The notes under the pieces were generated by a model that searched no databases, was not told the DNA's origin, and saw only the letters and a program-made list of their open reading frames with translations. A stretch of 63,669 nucleotides of DNA, the filler included, from Squatina squatina (taxonomy: Eukaryota), in assembly GCA_031763465.1 (NCBI GenBank). It is 3 parts of 3 records of this genome, joined end to end, with 100 filler letters (N's around TTAATTAATTAA, not from the genome) between each part and the next. Parts side by side here need not be neighbours in the genome. Positions count along the whole stretch, not along the records: positions 30,139 to 50,998 come from JARFOE010000115.1; positions 51,099 to 63,669 come from JARFOE010000222.1; 1 more part is not named here. One strand, given 5' to 3'. The number at the start of each line of letters is the position of its first letter. Position 1 is the first letter of the stretch. This document shows positions 38,895 to 51,392 of this stretch, in pieces. The position numbers and the translations under genes were made by a program.

Positions 38895-40339
38895 GGATAT
38901 AGGAAAATAACTGGGCTGATATGTTCTTAGTGAGTATATCCCAAGTTGATATGGGCCTTATTGCTATCTAGTCCATTGGATCTTGTTGCACTTGAAGTGT
39001 GCATGAGTCACAAATGCAGGTTTGGCTTTAAGCAGTCATCTGGGATAATGCGATTGTTCCGATTGCTGAATGTTCAAGCATGGAAAAGTTCTTTTGAAAT
39101 ATTGTAACATGAATGCACAGATAAAGTCTGCCCAAAGGAACCATTTAAACACCCCATCGTATCCCATAACACTGGCATAGCAAAAGGGCAACAAAATAAT
39201 GGTTTGATATGGCTGCCTGCACCTCACTTAAAAGCTAGACTGAGAATGCGGAATAAAATCTGCAAACAATACATCAATAACCAGCTGACACATTTTCATC
39301 AAACAATACATCAGCTGGAAGTGATCCAAGAATATAGATTTTGGAATGGAAATCTTTCTCAGTTGAAAAAGAATCCTCGTCATAGATCACAACCACAGTT
39401 AAACATCTCATCGGCTTTGCATTCTAGATATGGTTGACACTGCACTCACAGTGGATATAAAGCTTTCTAAACTGACATTACAGATTGAATCTTCCATCAC
39501 ATGCTGAAGATTCATTAGATTATTTTTCTATTATCCTATAGATGGTCAATCGAAAGTAATTGTTAGTTTGTGGCATGGTATTATAGTATCTATCATTTTA
39601 AGCATTTCTTGGGCAAATCCCACGCAACCATAAGAATGGCAAGAGCGACTAGAATAGAAGCAGTAAATGTGAACTGGAAGTGTCCATATGTTACCCTGAA
39701 CGGGCACTAATTATCCATTGGAGTTGGGTGTTCTTGATTAATAAACTTATTTTCAATAAGTTTGTTGGATATTTTCACTATCTTTGAAAGGGACGCCTAA
39801 TGGCAATTAAAATTAAAATAAGGTTTGGCACACATGAAAATAACACCCTGGATTTCTGTATTTTAGAGCCATTGAATGCTTCAGGCTAACTATTACTGCA
39901 CAATGTAGCTGAGTATTCCAACTGTTCACCGATGAGAAAAATTATCCGGAATCATGAGATAAAAATATTTCCTGCATTGTAATAGCAATGATAACTAACT
40001 ACATTTGGTACAATATTCTCCTGAACATTCATTTTATTAATGGGTATATATATATATATATTTTTTTTTAAAGGAGCTTCGACAAAGATGCCAATATTTT
40101 AGGCATTTGTCAAGTGGCATTTATTGGTTCAATGAAGGATGAGTTCTTCAAAGAGCTGTGGACAACCTACTTTGAAAACTCCATTGTATAACTGCATGTT
40201 GTCTCCCACTGCAGCAGCCACTTTCATCAGGCTGCTAATTTTTCAATTGCTTTTTTTAAAAATTGAAATTATTCCAAATATGATTTTGTGTTATTTTTAA
40301 AAGAAATCAGACTCAGACATGTGGAATAATGAAGAAGTT

Positions 40340-40455
40340 CACATAGAATTTTACAGCTGAGAAACAGGTCATTCGGCTCAACTGGTCTATGCTGATGTTT
40401 ATGCTCCACATGTGCCTCCTCCCACCTTACTTCACCTCACCCCACCCCATCAACA
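40340..40455 (-). mobile_element. CR1-type 3' tail, same subfamily as 2133-2650
   Basis: gaaacaggtcattcggctcaactggtctatgctgatgtttatgctccaca. Confidence 0.7.
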
Positions 40456-41353
40456 AATATGAAAAAGACAACACTCCATTCCCTACACAACACCATATGC
40501 CTAACTCTCTCAGGGGCAGCTGAAGTAGTAAAAACATTATGTTTTAACCTGGATGGCCGACAAAAGTACGATAAAACAATCAGATTGGCAACTTAAACGT
40601 AAAAGGTCAAAAGTAATGAATAAGAACAGTCAACAAATTTTTCGACAGAAGAGGGAAGCATAGGAAGAAATTTTATCTTAAACATGCCCATTAATGTCTT
40701 ATTGTAAAATAGCTTTATAACAATTTCTGCTAGGTCTGTAAAATGTTCCTGTGCCAACTTCAGAAGAAGACCCAAAACTCAAGTTTTCTTTCACTTGTCC
40801 ACTTCCCATGCAAAGCAGACTAGAACCCTTTGAGATTCCAGCCTCATTATTATCAAGATGACAAGTTGCGCTACTTCATCCAAAACGAAGAATTGAGACC
40901 CACAGAATCCAGAACAGTTATGTAAAAACTGGATAACTGGGCCATAAGTTAAATATATTTATACACACACACACTCACTCTTTTGGTAACTTCTTTGATA
41001 TAATTTTATGCATTTTATTTCCTTTCACTCGCACACATCTTTCTTGACTAAGAAGACTGCAGACCAGTCTCTCTTCATTACCATTACACAGCTGCTAGGA
41101 GGTAGGTCCCCGAGGTGATCAATAATCTGATTTTTCTCGCCGCACACCTCCCCATCTGCTCTGCACCCTCCCTGTATGAAAGCACCAGTTCTTTCCATTA
41201 AATACCTTCCCAGAACATCATGGTTGAAATCTTAACTCTCCACAGAGATTCACNNNNNNNNNNNNNNNNNNNNNNNNNNNNNNNNNNNNNNNNNNNNNNN
41301 NNNNNNNNNNNNNNNNNNNNNNNNNNNNNNNNNNNNNNNNNNNNNNNNNNNNN

Positions 41354-41458
41354 GTTAAAGGCACGACATAAATACAAGTTGCTGTTGTATTGCACTTTGG
41401 AATGTCCTGAAGTCGTGAAAGGTGCTATATAAATACAAGTTCTTTCTTTCTTTCTTTC
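41354..41458 (+). mobile_element. L2 tail followed by a SacSINE1-like 3' tail
   Basis: gttaaaggcacgacataaatacaagttgctgttg, then gtcctgaagtcgtgaaaggtgctatataaatacaagt(tctt)n. Confidence 0.6.
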
Positions 41459-43582
41459 AAGAGTCAAAATCTTTTACACGAGACATATAAGAGTTCAATC
41501 TCCCCTCCCCCAACTTCAACCTTCTCCTCCCTCCTCAAGAGAGCAGGAACACGTCTGTAAGCACATCCACAGATCCATCAATGTCACTGCTTTTTTGACT
41601 CAAAGTGCAATAATTAAAGACACTTCTGATATAAAATTGTGTGGCTAATCTACATTTGGGATATTTACGTCCATTATCAGCACAAATTGTCCATTAAGTA
41701 CATTTTAGGAATGCAATGCCATGTAACCAGATTACAGTTAAGTCACTCTTATCACTGCATTTGCAGTGTACAGATAGTTCTTATCACATGAATATTTTAC
41801 CCAGAGGAGAGGTGTTAAAATAAAAGCAATCTGCAAATGTACGCAATAAACATCATGGAAAGAAAACAGGCCAAATTTATATTACAAAGCTTCCAAATTA
41901 ACTGATTAAGCACTAAAATTAAACACCAATGATTTAAAAACTCAAATTTATAGTAAAAATAAACTGCTATATGGTGCAGGCTGNNNNNNNNNNNNNNNNN
42001 NNNNNNNNNNNNNNNNNNNNNNNNNNNNNNNNNNNNNNNNNNNNNNNNNNNNNNNNNNNNNNNNNNNNNNNNNNNNNNNNNNNNNNNNNNNNNNNNNNNN
42101 NNNNNNNNNNNNNNNNNNNNNNNNNNNNNNNNNNNNNNNNNNNNNNNNNNNNNNNNNNNNNNNNNNNNNNNNNNNNNNNNNNNNNNNNNNNNNNNNNNNN
42201 NNNNNNNNNNNNNNNTGTTAGACAATTTTTTTTTTTAAACAGTTCCTTCACAAGTGGGGTTTATTGCAATTTTTTTTTTTACACTGTGCCATTTAAATAT
42301 CCTATATATTGACCACATATTCTGTAATATTACCAGTGATGCACCATGTGTCTCTTACTCATTGATGATGTAACAGTTACTCACTTACTTCCCAGCAACC
42401 ATGTTCTTCCTTTTGCTTTCTTTGGTCTTCTTGGACATGCATTTGTCTTTTTTTAGCTCTTTTTCTCACTCATTCACTGCTCTATTTCGCTTTACGCACA
42501 TTCTTTCCTCCCACTGCTCTAGAGTTTGCTTCAACCATATCAAATTGAGCTCCGTTGACACTGACCTCTAATGGAGTGCAGCACCAATAATATCTTGGCA
42601 ATTGTTCCATCTCCAAGCAATATCAGATACTATTTTCATTTTAAAATGGAACAAAGCAATTAAAACAATTTTGTTTAAATGAAGACACAATAATGTGTGC
42701 ATTACAGTTTGTGCTTTTAACCTAACAGTTTTCTCATGTTTATGGCTAGATTACAGATTCCATATTCTCAGCCAAGTGTGGCAAATCACTCACTGAAAAA
42801 TATATGGGATTTCCACCGTGTTCTCTGATCAACTCAGAAGGTTGGAAAGTATACCAGTGGTACACTGCATACAGGATAAATCTATCGGTCTAGAGTTTTT
42901 TGTAAATGATAAAATAATATACAGAAGCAAAAAGATTGGCAAGACAGTAACAGTACAATAACTAATCTTACACTGTGTATAAATGGGTTGACTGTTTAAA
43001 ACAAAGATAGTGTCTGGAGTTGTTACAGCTCCTCTTAGCAGGTTCTTAAAACACATTATTAGATAATACATAGATTATTTATTTGGAGTTTCTATTGCCA
43101 TAGGACATGAAGGAAGGCTGGCTGAGTAGAAGACTGAAGATGCTGAGGAGTGATTATAAGGCTGTTTTTCCTTTGAAGTTCAATCATATTTCCTGAAGAT
43201 GACATATCCAGCTCCTTTGTCACTTTAATGCGACAATGATGTTTTACCCCCTGACAATGACGCCAATCCTCAATTACACCTTACAATGGAGCAGCAATTG
43301 CCTAACGTATCAAATAACACGGCATCTAGTAGTTAATTCAAAATTACTGAACCACCATCAAGAAAATATTTCTTCACCTGTCAACCTGTACACATTAATG
43401 CTTTGTATACCTGCTCCCAGAGCCATCAAAATATGTTTATCTTTACAGATTTCTGAGCAAAAGGCATTTGTCCCTTTCTGCACACTGAGGTTTAGATTTT
43501 CCTCTGTGACCGGGGTTTCTCCTCCAAGTGCGTTGGGGAAGGAGACCCTCCTACCAGTGTGACCCTGTTCCAAGCTCCGGGA

Positions 43583-43846
43583 ATTTCTTTTCTTCCTCTT
43601 CTCCTTAGGCAGTCCCTCCGGGTCGAGGAGACTCGTTTCCACTCCAGTGTTGTGGGTTCTGAGGTAACAAAATAGTCCTATACGGGATCCACAGACACTG
43701 CCACAAGTGGGGCAGGTGGTGTTTGATGAGGTGAGTGGGTGGGATGCTCGGGTTGTCGCACGCTCCTTCCGCTGCTTGTGCTAGGCCTCCACTTGCTCCC
43801 GTCGAAGAAGATTGAAGTGATTGTCACCATCTCGAATGCTTCCCCT
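43583..43846 (-). mobile_element. RTE-clade LINE 3' end with a C-terminal zinc-finger-like motif
   Basis: Minus strand translates to TTCPTCGSVCGSRIGLFCYLRTH, followed by ctcctcgacccggagggactgcctaaggagaagaggaag, an RTE-type 3' end. Confidence 0.75.
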
Positions 43847-43993
43847 CCATAACATAAAAACATAAGAACATAAGAAATAGAAGCAGGAGAAGGCCATTCG
43901 GCCCCTCGAGCCTGCTCCACCATTCATTGAGTTCATGGCTGATCTGATTCTGGCCTCAACTCCACTTCCCTGCCACTTCCCCTTAACCTTTCA
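43847..43993 (-). mobile_element. CR1/HER1 3' tail adjoining or inserted into the RTE copy
   Basis: (cataagaa)n tail plus gcaggagaaggccattcggcccctcgagcctgctccaccattc. Confidence 0.85.
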
Positions 43994-46042
43994 NNNNNNN
44001 NNNNNNNNNNNNNNNNNNNNNNNNNNNNNNNNNNNNNNNNNNNNNNNNNNNNNNNNNNNNNNNNNNNNNNNNNNNNNNNNNNNNNNNNNNNNNNNNNNNN
44101 NNNNNNNNNNNNNNNNNNNNNNNNNNNNNNNNNNNNNNNNNNNNNNNNNNNNNNNNNNNNNNNNNNNNNNNNNNNNNNNNNNNNNNNNNNNNNNNNNNNN
44201 NNNNNNNNNNNNNNNNNNNNNNNNNNNNNNNNNNNNNNNNNNNNNNNNNNNNNNNNNNNNNNNNNNNNNNNNNNNNNNNNNNNNNNNNNNNNNNNNNNNN
44301 NNNNNNNNNNNNNNNNNNNNNNNNNNNNNNNNNNNNNNNNNNNNNNNNNNNNNNNNNNNNNNNNNNNNNNNNNNNNNNNNNNNNNNNNNNNNNNNNNNNN
44401 NNNNNNNNNNNNNNNAGGTCATTGGTGGAAGTATACAATTTAGAGAATGAGTAGACTGTGTTTTGCAGGCTGATATCTGCTCGAGGCAAAAATTAATAGC
44501 CAATCATTGTAGCTTTTATAGGTAATTATTAATTTTTGGAAATCAATCTGTGTTTTTTAAGCTTAGAATGTGTTTTCACATGTTAATTTGTATTGCATAC
44601 AGGTTAGTATTGTATTATTATTGTCACATGGTTATCATAAATGGACTGAAGACTTGCAGAGTTGGTGTCTTGCTAGAGTGAAGATTATGTATGTGTCAAC
44701 TGGTGACCAAAAATACCATTTCACTGTATACACCCTTTAGAGCTACTCATGTTACAAGATTATTCTTGGTTAATATAGTCTTAACTTATACAGCAAGCTT
44801 GTTGATAGATTTTGGTACCTGACTTTGAGTGGGTTCCATATTTTAAGTTTTTAGCGTACTACAGTGGTTAATGTTCATTTATAGGTTGGTTTATAGGTTA
44901 GTAGAATCTGATGGTAATTTTAAATACTGATACGTGGCTGCTGGTGTATCGTGCATCAGAGTCTTACCTCACCTGTTAAAGTAGCGCTAATAACAAGGTT
45001 ATTGCAAATAAAACAATGGGATATTTATATTGCATAGTTGTTTGAATGTGAGCAGCTGACATTAAATATTACTAACGCACACGACAGATTATAAGGAAAT
45101 AAGGTTTTATTTATAATATGTTTTTGTTCAAGGTCATTTCACCCAAGTTCAGCATTCCATTGTGCAGAAAACCAGGGGGATAATCCTTGCCAAAATCTTC
45201 ATCAGCTAACACAACAGAGGCTCCTCTGATGTCTTGTTTGTGTAGTCCAAATGCTGTCAAGTATTGCAGCGTTAGCATTGCTTTATATGTACAGCAGATC
45301 ACGTAAACTTCTAGTTCAGTACAACACCAGCAGGCATTCGGGTTGTGTAGGTTTAGAATACTTTTATAGGTTCGCTATTCAAATCGACGGTCAGAAACTT
45401 TGTAAATACCCACTGTAAATCACTGAAGGTGACACGGAGACACTGATGACCTGTTAAAGATATGTATGCATGACATGTCACATCCCCGATCGGAAATACA
45501 AACACTTTACAACTCGATGGTTCACCCTCAATCTTGCGCTAGATTTTGTACCTCAACAGATCGCATTCACTCTGCCGCTACACATTAATTAGATTTTTTT
45601 TTGCACGACGGAACCTCTTTGAGCAAAATATTTAGATTGTATCGATGCACGCATAAAAATACAATGACCGTTCTGTTTTGCCAATATATGTTCTGTGAAA
45701 ATTAACTACATCGACTCAGGTGGGAGCACAAGACGAGCCCAAGCATTAAATAGATAGATGGGTTGCTACAACTGGTTCGCAAGACAGATGTTTACAGCAA
45801 CGCGGGGCAACTGCATTGCTTACAGGAACTGAGCAATGATCAGCATCACGGTGACTGTATGTGTGTCTGCAGCAGGGAACATGCTCNNNNNNNNNNNNNN
45901 NNNNNNNNNNNNNNNNNNNNNNNNNNNNNNNNNNNNNNNNNNNNNNNNNNNNNNNNNNNNNNNNNNNNNNNNNNNNNNNNNNNNNNTAAAAGGGGAGAAC
46001 ACAGCACAAAAGGGCATTGGATTTAACTAAAATTTGTGCTAC

Positions 46043-46077
<35 letters not shown>

Positions 46078-46158
46078 TATAGGTGGTTCTGATGGCATAA
46101 CACCTTCCTTTACATTGCTTTGTCATTCTTTATAACACTGTTTTCCACAATCACATAG

Positions 46159-46375
46159 GATGTACTGGTCTCGAGGAACTTATCGGAATTGATCCATCTT
46201 TTGAAGAATTTCAGTCAACACTCTTCAGTGAAGCTTCCAAAGGCCTGGAGCGTAGTGTTCAAACTAAAGAAGTGAATGCCCAGCTCGATAAGAATATATT
46301 AGTTTTTCTAACACATTTGTCTCCATACTTCATGCTAAAGCCAGCCCAGAAATGCCTTGAATGGCTTATTCACAG
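46159..46375 (+). CDS. HEATR1: HEAT repeat-containing protein 1 (UTP10) exon (about human exon 3)
   Basis: tag|GA TGT ACT... translates to (G)CTGLEELIGIDPSFEEFQSTLFSEASKGLERSVQTKEVNAQLDKNILVFLTHLSPYFMLKPAQKCLEWLIH(R)|gtaact. 217 nt. Not in the ORF track. Confidence 0.95.
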
Positions 46376-46703
46376 GTAACTTGACTATCATGATGCACCA
46401 ATGATTTATAATTTAGAAAACAATAGATTTTTTTCTTAGATGAACAGATTTGAACCTTATAAAACTTTGAATGTCCATGTTCTTAATCAAAGTGGCCTCT
46501 CACCAAACCTATTCCCTACGCTCGTCGATCAAACCTAGCTAATAATTTTTTATTTTGTGAAACAAATGTAAGCAAGGAATTCGTTTTTTCAAAGCAGAAC
46601 AAATATTTTGCTGAATAATACACCTTGTGATCATAATGTTGATTTAAGAATAATTAGAGCAATGAGATCTTCAGGGCTTTAACTTGTATGAACTTGTCAC
46701 TAG

Positions 46704-46845
46704 GTTCCACATCCATCTCTATAATCAGGACAGTTTGATTGGCTGCATTCTTCCCTATCATGAGACCAAAGTGTTTGTAAGAGCCATTCAGCTTCTTAAA
46801 CTCAGTGACCCAACTCATCGCTGGCACTGGCTGGAGCCCATACAG
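46704..46845 (+). CDS. HEATR1: HEATR1 exon (about exon 4)
   Basis: (R)FHIHLYNQDSLIGCILPYHETKVFVRAIQLLKLSDPTHRWHWLEPIQ|gtaggt. 142 nt, phase compatible with the previous exon. Confidence 0.95.
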
Positions 46846-47264
46846 GTAGGTAAATGTTCAAACAATGTAATTAGAGCGTGGACATATACAACTTTTATTG
46901 TGCTCAATTATGTGTTATCCGAAGGCTAGGAATACCTGATGTTCCTCATGGATTTTTGTAGTCATTTCATTTTAGGTTTTATTTCAAAAATGAGCAAATT
47001 ATCTCAGTACGTCCTCGAGTTTGTCACACTCAAAGCTCACACACACGGCGCTGTTTGATAAATTAGCCGAGTCTACGGAATGGAATTAACTGAAGGAAGA
47101 TGGATGTGTTCAGCGGTGAGTTAGAATGCTGTCCTTTCACCTCTAACGTAACTCACATTGACAGAGTGGGACTCTCCTCTTCCTCTTCCTATCTGGGAGA
47201 TGTGGGAAGCAGCGGGTTGCCACTTAATCCGTTCACAGTTGGGACCTGGATGCTTATGAAGTTA

Positions 47265-47551
47265 TGGAATAGAATGGTTACAGCACAGAAGAAGGCCATT
47301 CGGCCCATCGAGCCCGTGCCAGCTATCTGCAAGAACACTTCAGCTAGTCCCACTCCCCCCTCCTTGTCCCATAGCCCTGCAATTTTTTTCCTTCAGCTGC
47401 TTATCCAATTCCCTTTTGAAAGCCACGATTGAATCTGCCTCCACCACCCTCTCAGGCAGCGCATTCCAGATCCAAACCACTCGCTGCATAAAAAAGTTTT
47501 TCCTCATGTCGCCTTTGGTTCTTCTGCCAATCACCTTAAATCTGTGTCCTC
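47265..47551 (-). mobile_element. Relatively young CR1 3' end in a HEATR1 intron
   Basis: IGRRTKGDMRKNFFMQRVVWIWNALPERVVEADSIVAFKRELDKQLK, with an intact frame. Confidence 0.9.
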
Positions 47552-47760
47552 NNNNNNNNNNNNNNNNNNNNNNNNNNNNNNNNNNNNNNNNNNNNNNNNN
47601 NNNNNNNNNNNNNNNNNNNNNNNNNNNNNNNNNNNNNNNNNNNNNNNNNNNNNNNNNNNNNNNNNNNNNNNNNNNNNNNNNNNNNNNNNNNNNNNNNNNN
47701 NNNNNNNNNNNNNNNNNNNNNNNNNNNNNNNNNNNNNNNNNNNNNNNNNNNNNNNNNNNN

Positions 47761-47830
47761 AATCACACATTGTTACAAAGATCTGAACTTTATGGATTTT
47801 ATCTGTAGTCTGGTAACCAAGACTGTCAAG
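47761..47830 (+). CDS. HEATR1: HEATR1 exon (about exon 5), 5' part lost in the gap
   Basis: ITHCYKDLNFMDFICSLVTKTVK|gtttgt. Confidence 0.9.
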
Positions 47831-48049
47831 GTTTGTACATTCAAAACCGATTCAGATTTAAAAGTTTTAGCTGCACCATCAATGTAATTTGAATTTTCCT
47901 TCAATAGTTTTTCATACAATTTGCATAAAAATTTAAGCTTGTTTAAAAGTGTATTGTAAAACTACCATTGTAGGTGTGGTACACAGGATCCCTAAAGGCA
48001 CGGAAAGGTGTGGTAATGAATCATGCAGACTGGGAAACTCCACGACTCA

Positions 48050-48330
48050 ATGGCTGAATTGCACTGCTGATCTCACTTGTTGATAGTGAGGACACTACTG
48101 CTGGTTTCAGTGTCCCAAGGTCAGGGAGGTATAAAAGCAGCCTCAGTTGCCACTCCTGATTGCCATCTGTGACTGACACTGGAAAATGCACGTGCATTTA
48201 GGTCAGCGAGCACAGGATCAGGCTCGCTTGAGATGCCCTCCATGGTTGACTGTCTGGGCTCGTGTGAAGAATGGCCACTTGCCGAAATATGGGAGTGTTA
48301 GGAGCACTCGTAGGCTCATGCCACAACTTT
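48050..48330 (+). repeat. Unclassified SINE-like dispersed repeat, same family as 10380 and 60520
   Basis: caggatcaggctc...gatgccctccatggttgactgtctgggctcgtgtgaagaatggccacttg. Confidence 0.55.
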
Positions 48331-48419
48331 CAAAAGGAAAATGGTGAAAATTTGGATATCAAAAAGAAACAACAATTCTGTGATGTACTTCTCACTGTAT
48401 CAATTTCACTTTTTTTTAG

Positions 48420-48560
48420 GCATTTGCAGATTATCCTGGCAACACAGCACAGTTGAGGGTTCTGTTTTCTTTTTATGCATCCACCATTGTGCCAGCACTA
48501 ACTGCTGTGGAAAAGATAACGGACACCATAGTAGCCAAGTTGCTTCCCTATATCCAGAAG
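48420..48560 (+). CDS. HEATR1: HEATR1 exon (about exon 6)
   Basis: ttag|AFADYPGNTAQLRVLFSFYASTIVPALTAVEKITDTIVAKLLPYIQK|gtaatg. 141 nt. Confidence 0.95.
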
Positions 48561-48968
48561 GTAATGAATAGTGTGTGTATATGAAGTTAAAGCATGTGGG
48601 CACTTTGGTTTGCAGCTTATATTAAATATCCTGAATTTAGTTTATTCAATAGTTAAAGTCTGAACTGTCCTTTGCATTTGAGCTTCTGCACGCAGAGTTA
48701 ACCACTAACTCACTGACGGATAGATTGGGGATGGGTGGCCTTTGCTCCTCAATACCCCAGTATAATTCTTCAAGTCTTCTAACAACTCTCGGGGTCAAGT
48801 GTATGAAACAACAGCCCTTGTGCAGTGATCTCCGATTGTCCTCTCCCTGTTCGTCACTCATACTAATAACCTTTGAATGACACCCAGTGCTCCCATTTGG
48901 ATTATGCTGTGCTTGTCATCTGTATTGTGGGGTATTGATGTGTAATATGCTTCTCTTCTAATTTGTAG

Positions 48969-49180
48969 GGACTGAAGTCTTCATTGGCAGATTACAGAGC
49001 AGCTACCTACATGATAATCTGTCAGCTTGCTGTGAAAGTTGTCATGGAAACCTCTCTGATAAACACTCTGGCTCAGCTGATCAGCAAGGCACTCGTGAAG
49101 ATGCCAACTCTGATACGAGAGGGACTGAGTTGCCTGATTATTTTACTGCAGCACCAAAAGAGAGAAAATATGAGTAAAAA
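48969..49180 (+). CDS. HEATR1: HEATR1 exon (about exon 7)
   Basis: gtag|GLKSSLADYRAATYMIICQLAVKVVMETSLINTLAQLISKALVKMPTLIREGLSCLIILLQHQKRENMSK(K)|gtaagt. 212 nt. Confidence 0.95.
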
Positions 49181-50472
49181 GTAAGTGCAATATTCTGTTT
49201 TGTGCTCCGTAGCTTTATTGTAAACAGGAAGCGCCGTGGGACGTTTTACTATGTTAAAGGTTCCATATAAATGCAAGTTGTTGTGCTGGACAGTGGCATC
49301 TCCATTGTCCGCACAACAAACGCCTCATCCTTCATCAGATAATGGAATTTGGTAGATAATCAAGCCCCTAAATTGTGGTCTTGTATCTATGCTACATCAA
49401 TACCCAAGGAATGAAGACCAGTTCAATACAGATCTTAAACCGTTTTATTCACGAAGAAAATGAGACAAATTACAAGTAGCAAAAGCTCCACAGTGAGATC
49501 CTGTCTTGCACAAGCCTTTGTCCTATGAAGATTCTGACTGATATAGTTCTACTGTATTAATTATTATTAAAGTTATTAAGAATCAGAAATATTTGCGGGG
49601 GCATGGAGCCTCTAGCATCCAGCAGTTTGCATTTGCATTAGTATTTTATTTGAATGGGGAGGGCATAGAATATATATACTGCACACGAACTGGATAATTC
49701 CATAACTATACTTGGACATACAATTAAAAGCATATTCTTCTGTCAGTTCCCCATTTAGTAATGCAAATAAGGAAACATTCTCAGCCTCCAATTGCCCAGC
49801 TATCAGGAATTACAACAGTGAATCTGAGTGTGCTTTGTGGCACAGATTAGTATCCTCAAATTCAGTGGAATTTGAAATCATGTTATGGATACAATCTTGT
49901 TCGGTTTTTGCTAGATAAGACTGGCCACAATTAATGTAAANNNNNNNNNNNNNNNNNNNNNNNNNNNNNNNNNNNNNNNNNNNNNNNNNNNNNNNNNNNN
50001 NNNNNNNNNNNNNNNNNNNNNNNNNNNNNNNNNNNNNNNNCTAATTATGATAGAACAAATTAAGATATTGAATAAATTGCCATTTGCATCAGGAGACAAA
50101 ATGTGGTTTTTATATTTCCCGCGTGATAAATTTGTGGACTTATTTTTCATGTACTGTATGTTATGAATAGCAAAATACACAAACTTATTAACTTTCTGAA
50201 ATGGAAAAACGCTTTGGTCAAGCACCAGCAAGTTAAAAGACAACTTGTTTTTTCCATCCAAACGCAGGGTGAATAATTGGATTCCAATGCACGTAACCAC
50301 TTCCTGAATAAGGACAGTCTGTGTTTGAGGTTTTATTGGTAGATCATAAAACTCATCACGATCAGTAACAAAAAAAAGCTCATTTAAAGTAAATTTATAT
50401 ATTGTACAGATAAAGTATGGTTTTGTAACTCTATCCTTTTCATTTGCTAATTGATGAATATTGATATTTCAG

Positions 50473-50665
50473 ACCCATCTGCATGATTGCAATCATCTCT
50501 TCAAATTCTTGTCACTTTTGTGGAGCTACAATTGTAACCTTAACAACCAGTTAAACTGTACAGTAGGTGCCGTATTGCAGACTCGAGCCCTTTACTTCGG
50601 ACGCGCATTACTCGCACCACAGTATACAGGGCAGGGAAGCCAGATTGCACCTCCATCGTTGCCAG
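50473..50665 (+). CDS. HEATR1: HEATR1 mid-protein exon (about human residues 855-920)
   Basis: tcag|THLHDCNHLFKFLSLLWSYNCNLNNQLNCTVGAVLQTRALYFGRALL...SLP(V)|gtatgg. 193 nt, resembling the recalled human LFKFCSVLWTY...LNCSVKTVLQTQALY. Confidence 0.85.
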
Positions 50666-50770
50666 GTATGGTCTATCGAACATGTGTTTACTTCACTACA
50701 TTGGTTAAATATATTGTTTAATTTTAAAACTATGATGCTGCTTTATCACTAAGTTGTGATTCGCTTTCAG

Positions 50771-50943
50771 TGGTGGTCTCCTTAGTCATCAGTTTGGGCA
50801 ATCCTGTGAGAGACGTGCGCCGGGGAGCTATTGCCTGTCTCCAGACGTTAGCAGAAGTACAAGGATCTGTCTTTCATGTGGTTATTGATAAGCTTGTCCA
50901 TTTGGCAGAAGAGATTATTGCAGATCCCACTCATTTAAGTCAG
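50771..50943 (+). CDS. HEATR1: HEATR1 next mid-protein exon, after a 105-nt intron
   Basis: tcag|(V)VVSLVISLGNPVRDVRRGAIACLQTLAEVQGSVFHVVIDKLVHLAEEIIADPTHLSQ|gtaaga. HEAT-repeat signature. Confidence 0.88.
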
Positions 50944-50998
50944 GTAAGAAAGGAGACATGGGCTGTTCTATTTGCTGTTGGTAATTTTGTGCAATTTT

Positions 50999-51098
50999 NN
51001 NNNNNNNNNNNNNNNNNNNNNNNNNNNNNNNNNNNNNNNNNNTTAATTAATTAANNNNNNNNNNNNNNNNNNNNNNNNNNNNNNNNNNNNNNNNNNNN
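50999..51098. other. Artificial scaffold linker 44N-TTAATTAATTAA-44N
   Basis: 12-mer at 51043-51054, identical to the first linker. Confidence 0.93.
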
Positions 51099-51170
51099 GT
51101 CAGCACAAGTGAGGAACTCATGAGTGAGCACCTAGTAGTGATCATTATTTGTACTTGCCTTCCTTTTTAA

Positions 51171-51392
<222 letters not shown>

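Noticed and set aside
42389-42438. Possible minus-strand first exon MSKKTKESKRKNMVAG with a gtaagt donor
   Set aside because: I cannot match it to MTR, ACTN2 or RYR2, and it has no promoter-like context. It needs RNA-seq evidence.
43935-44503. Long ORFs of about 170 aa here and at other gaps
   Set aside because: They consist mostly of X residues translated from N runs.
45111-45302. Minus-strand ORF with LADEDFGK, loosely like the RYR exon 2 motif LAAEGFGN
   Set aside because: The flanking residues do not match RYR and I saw no fitting splice sites. Treated as chance.
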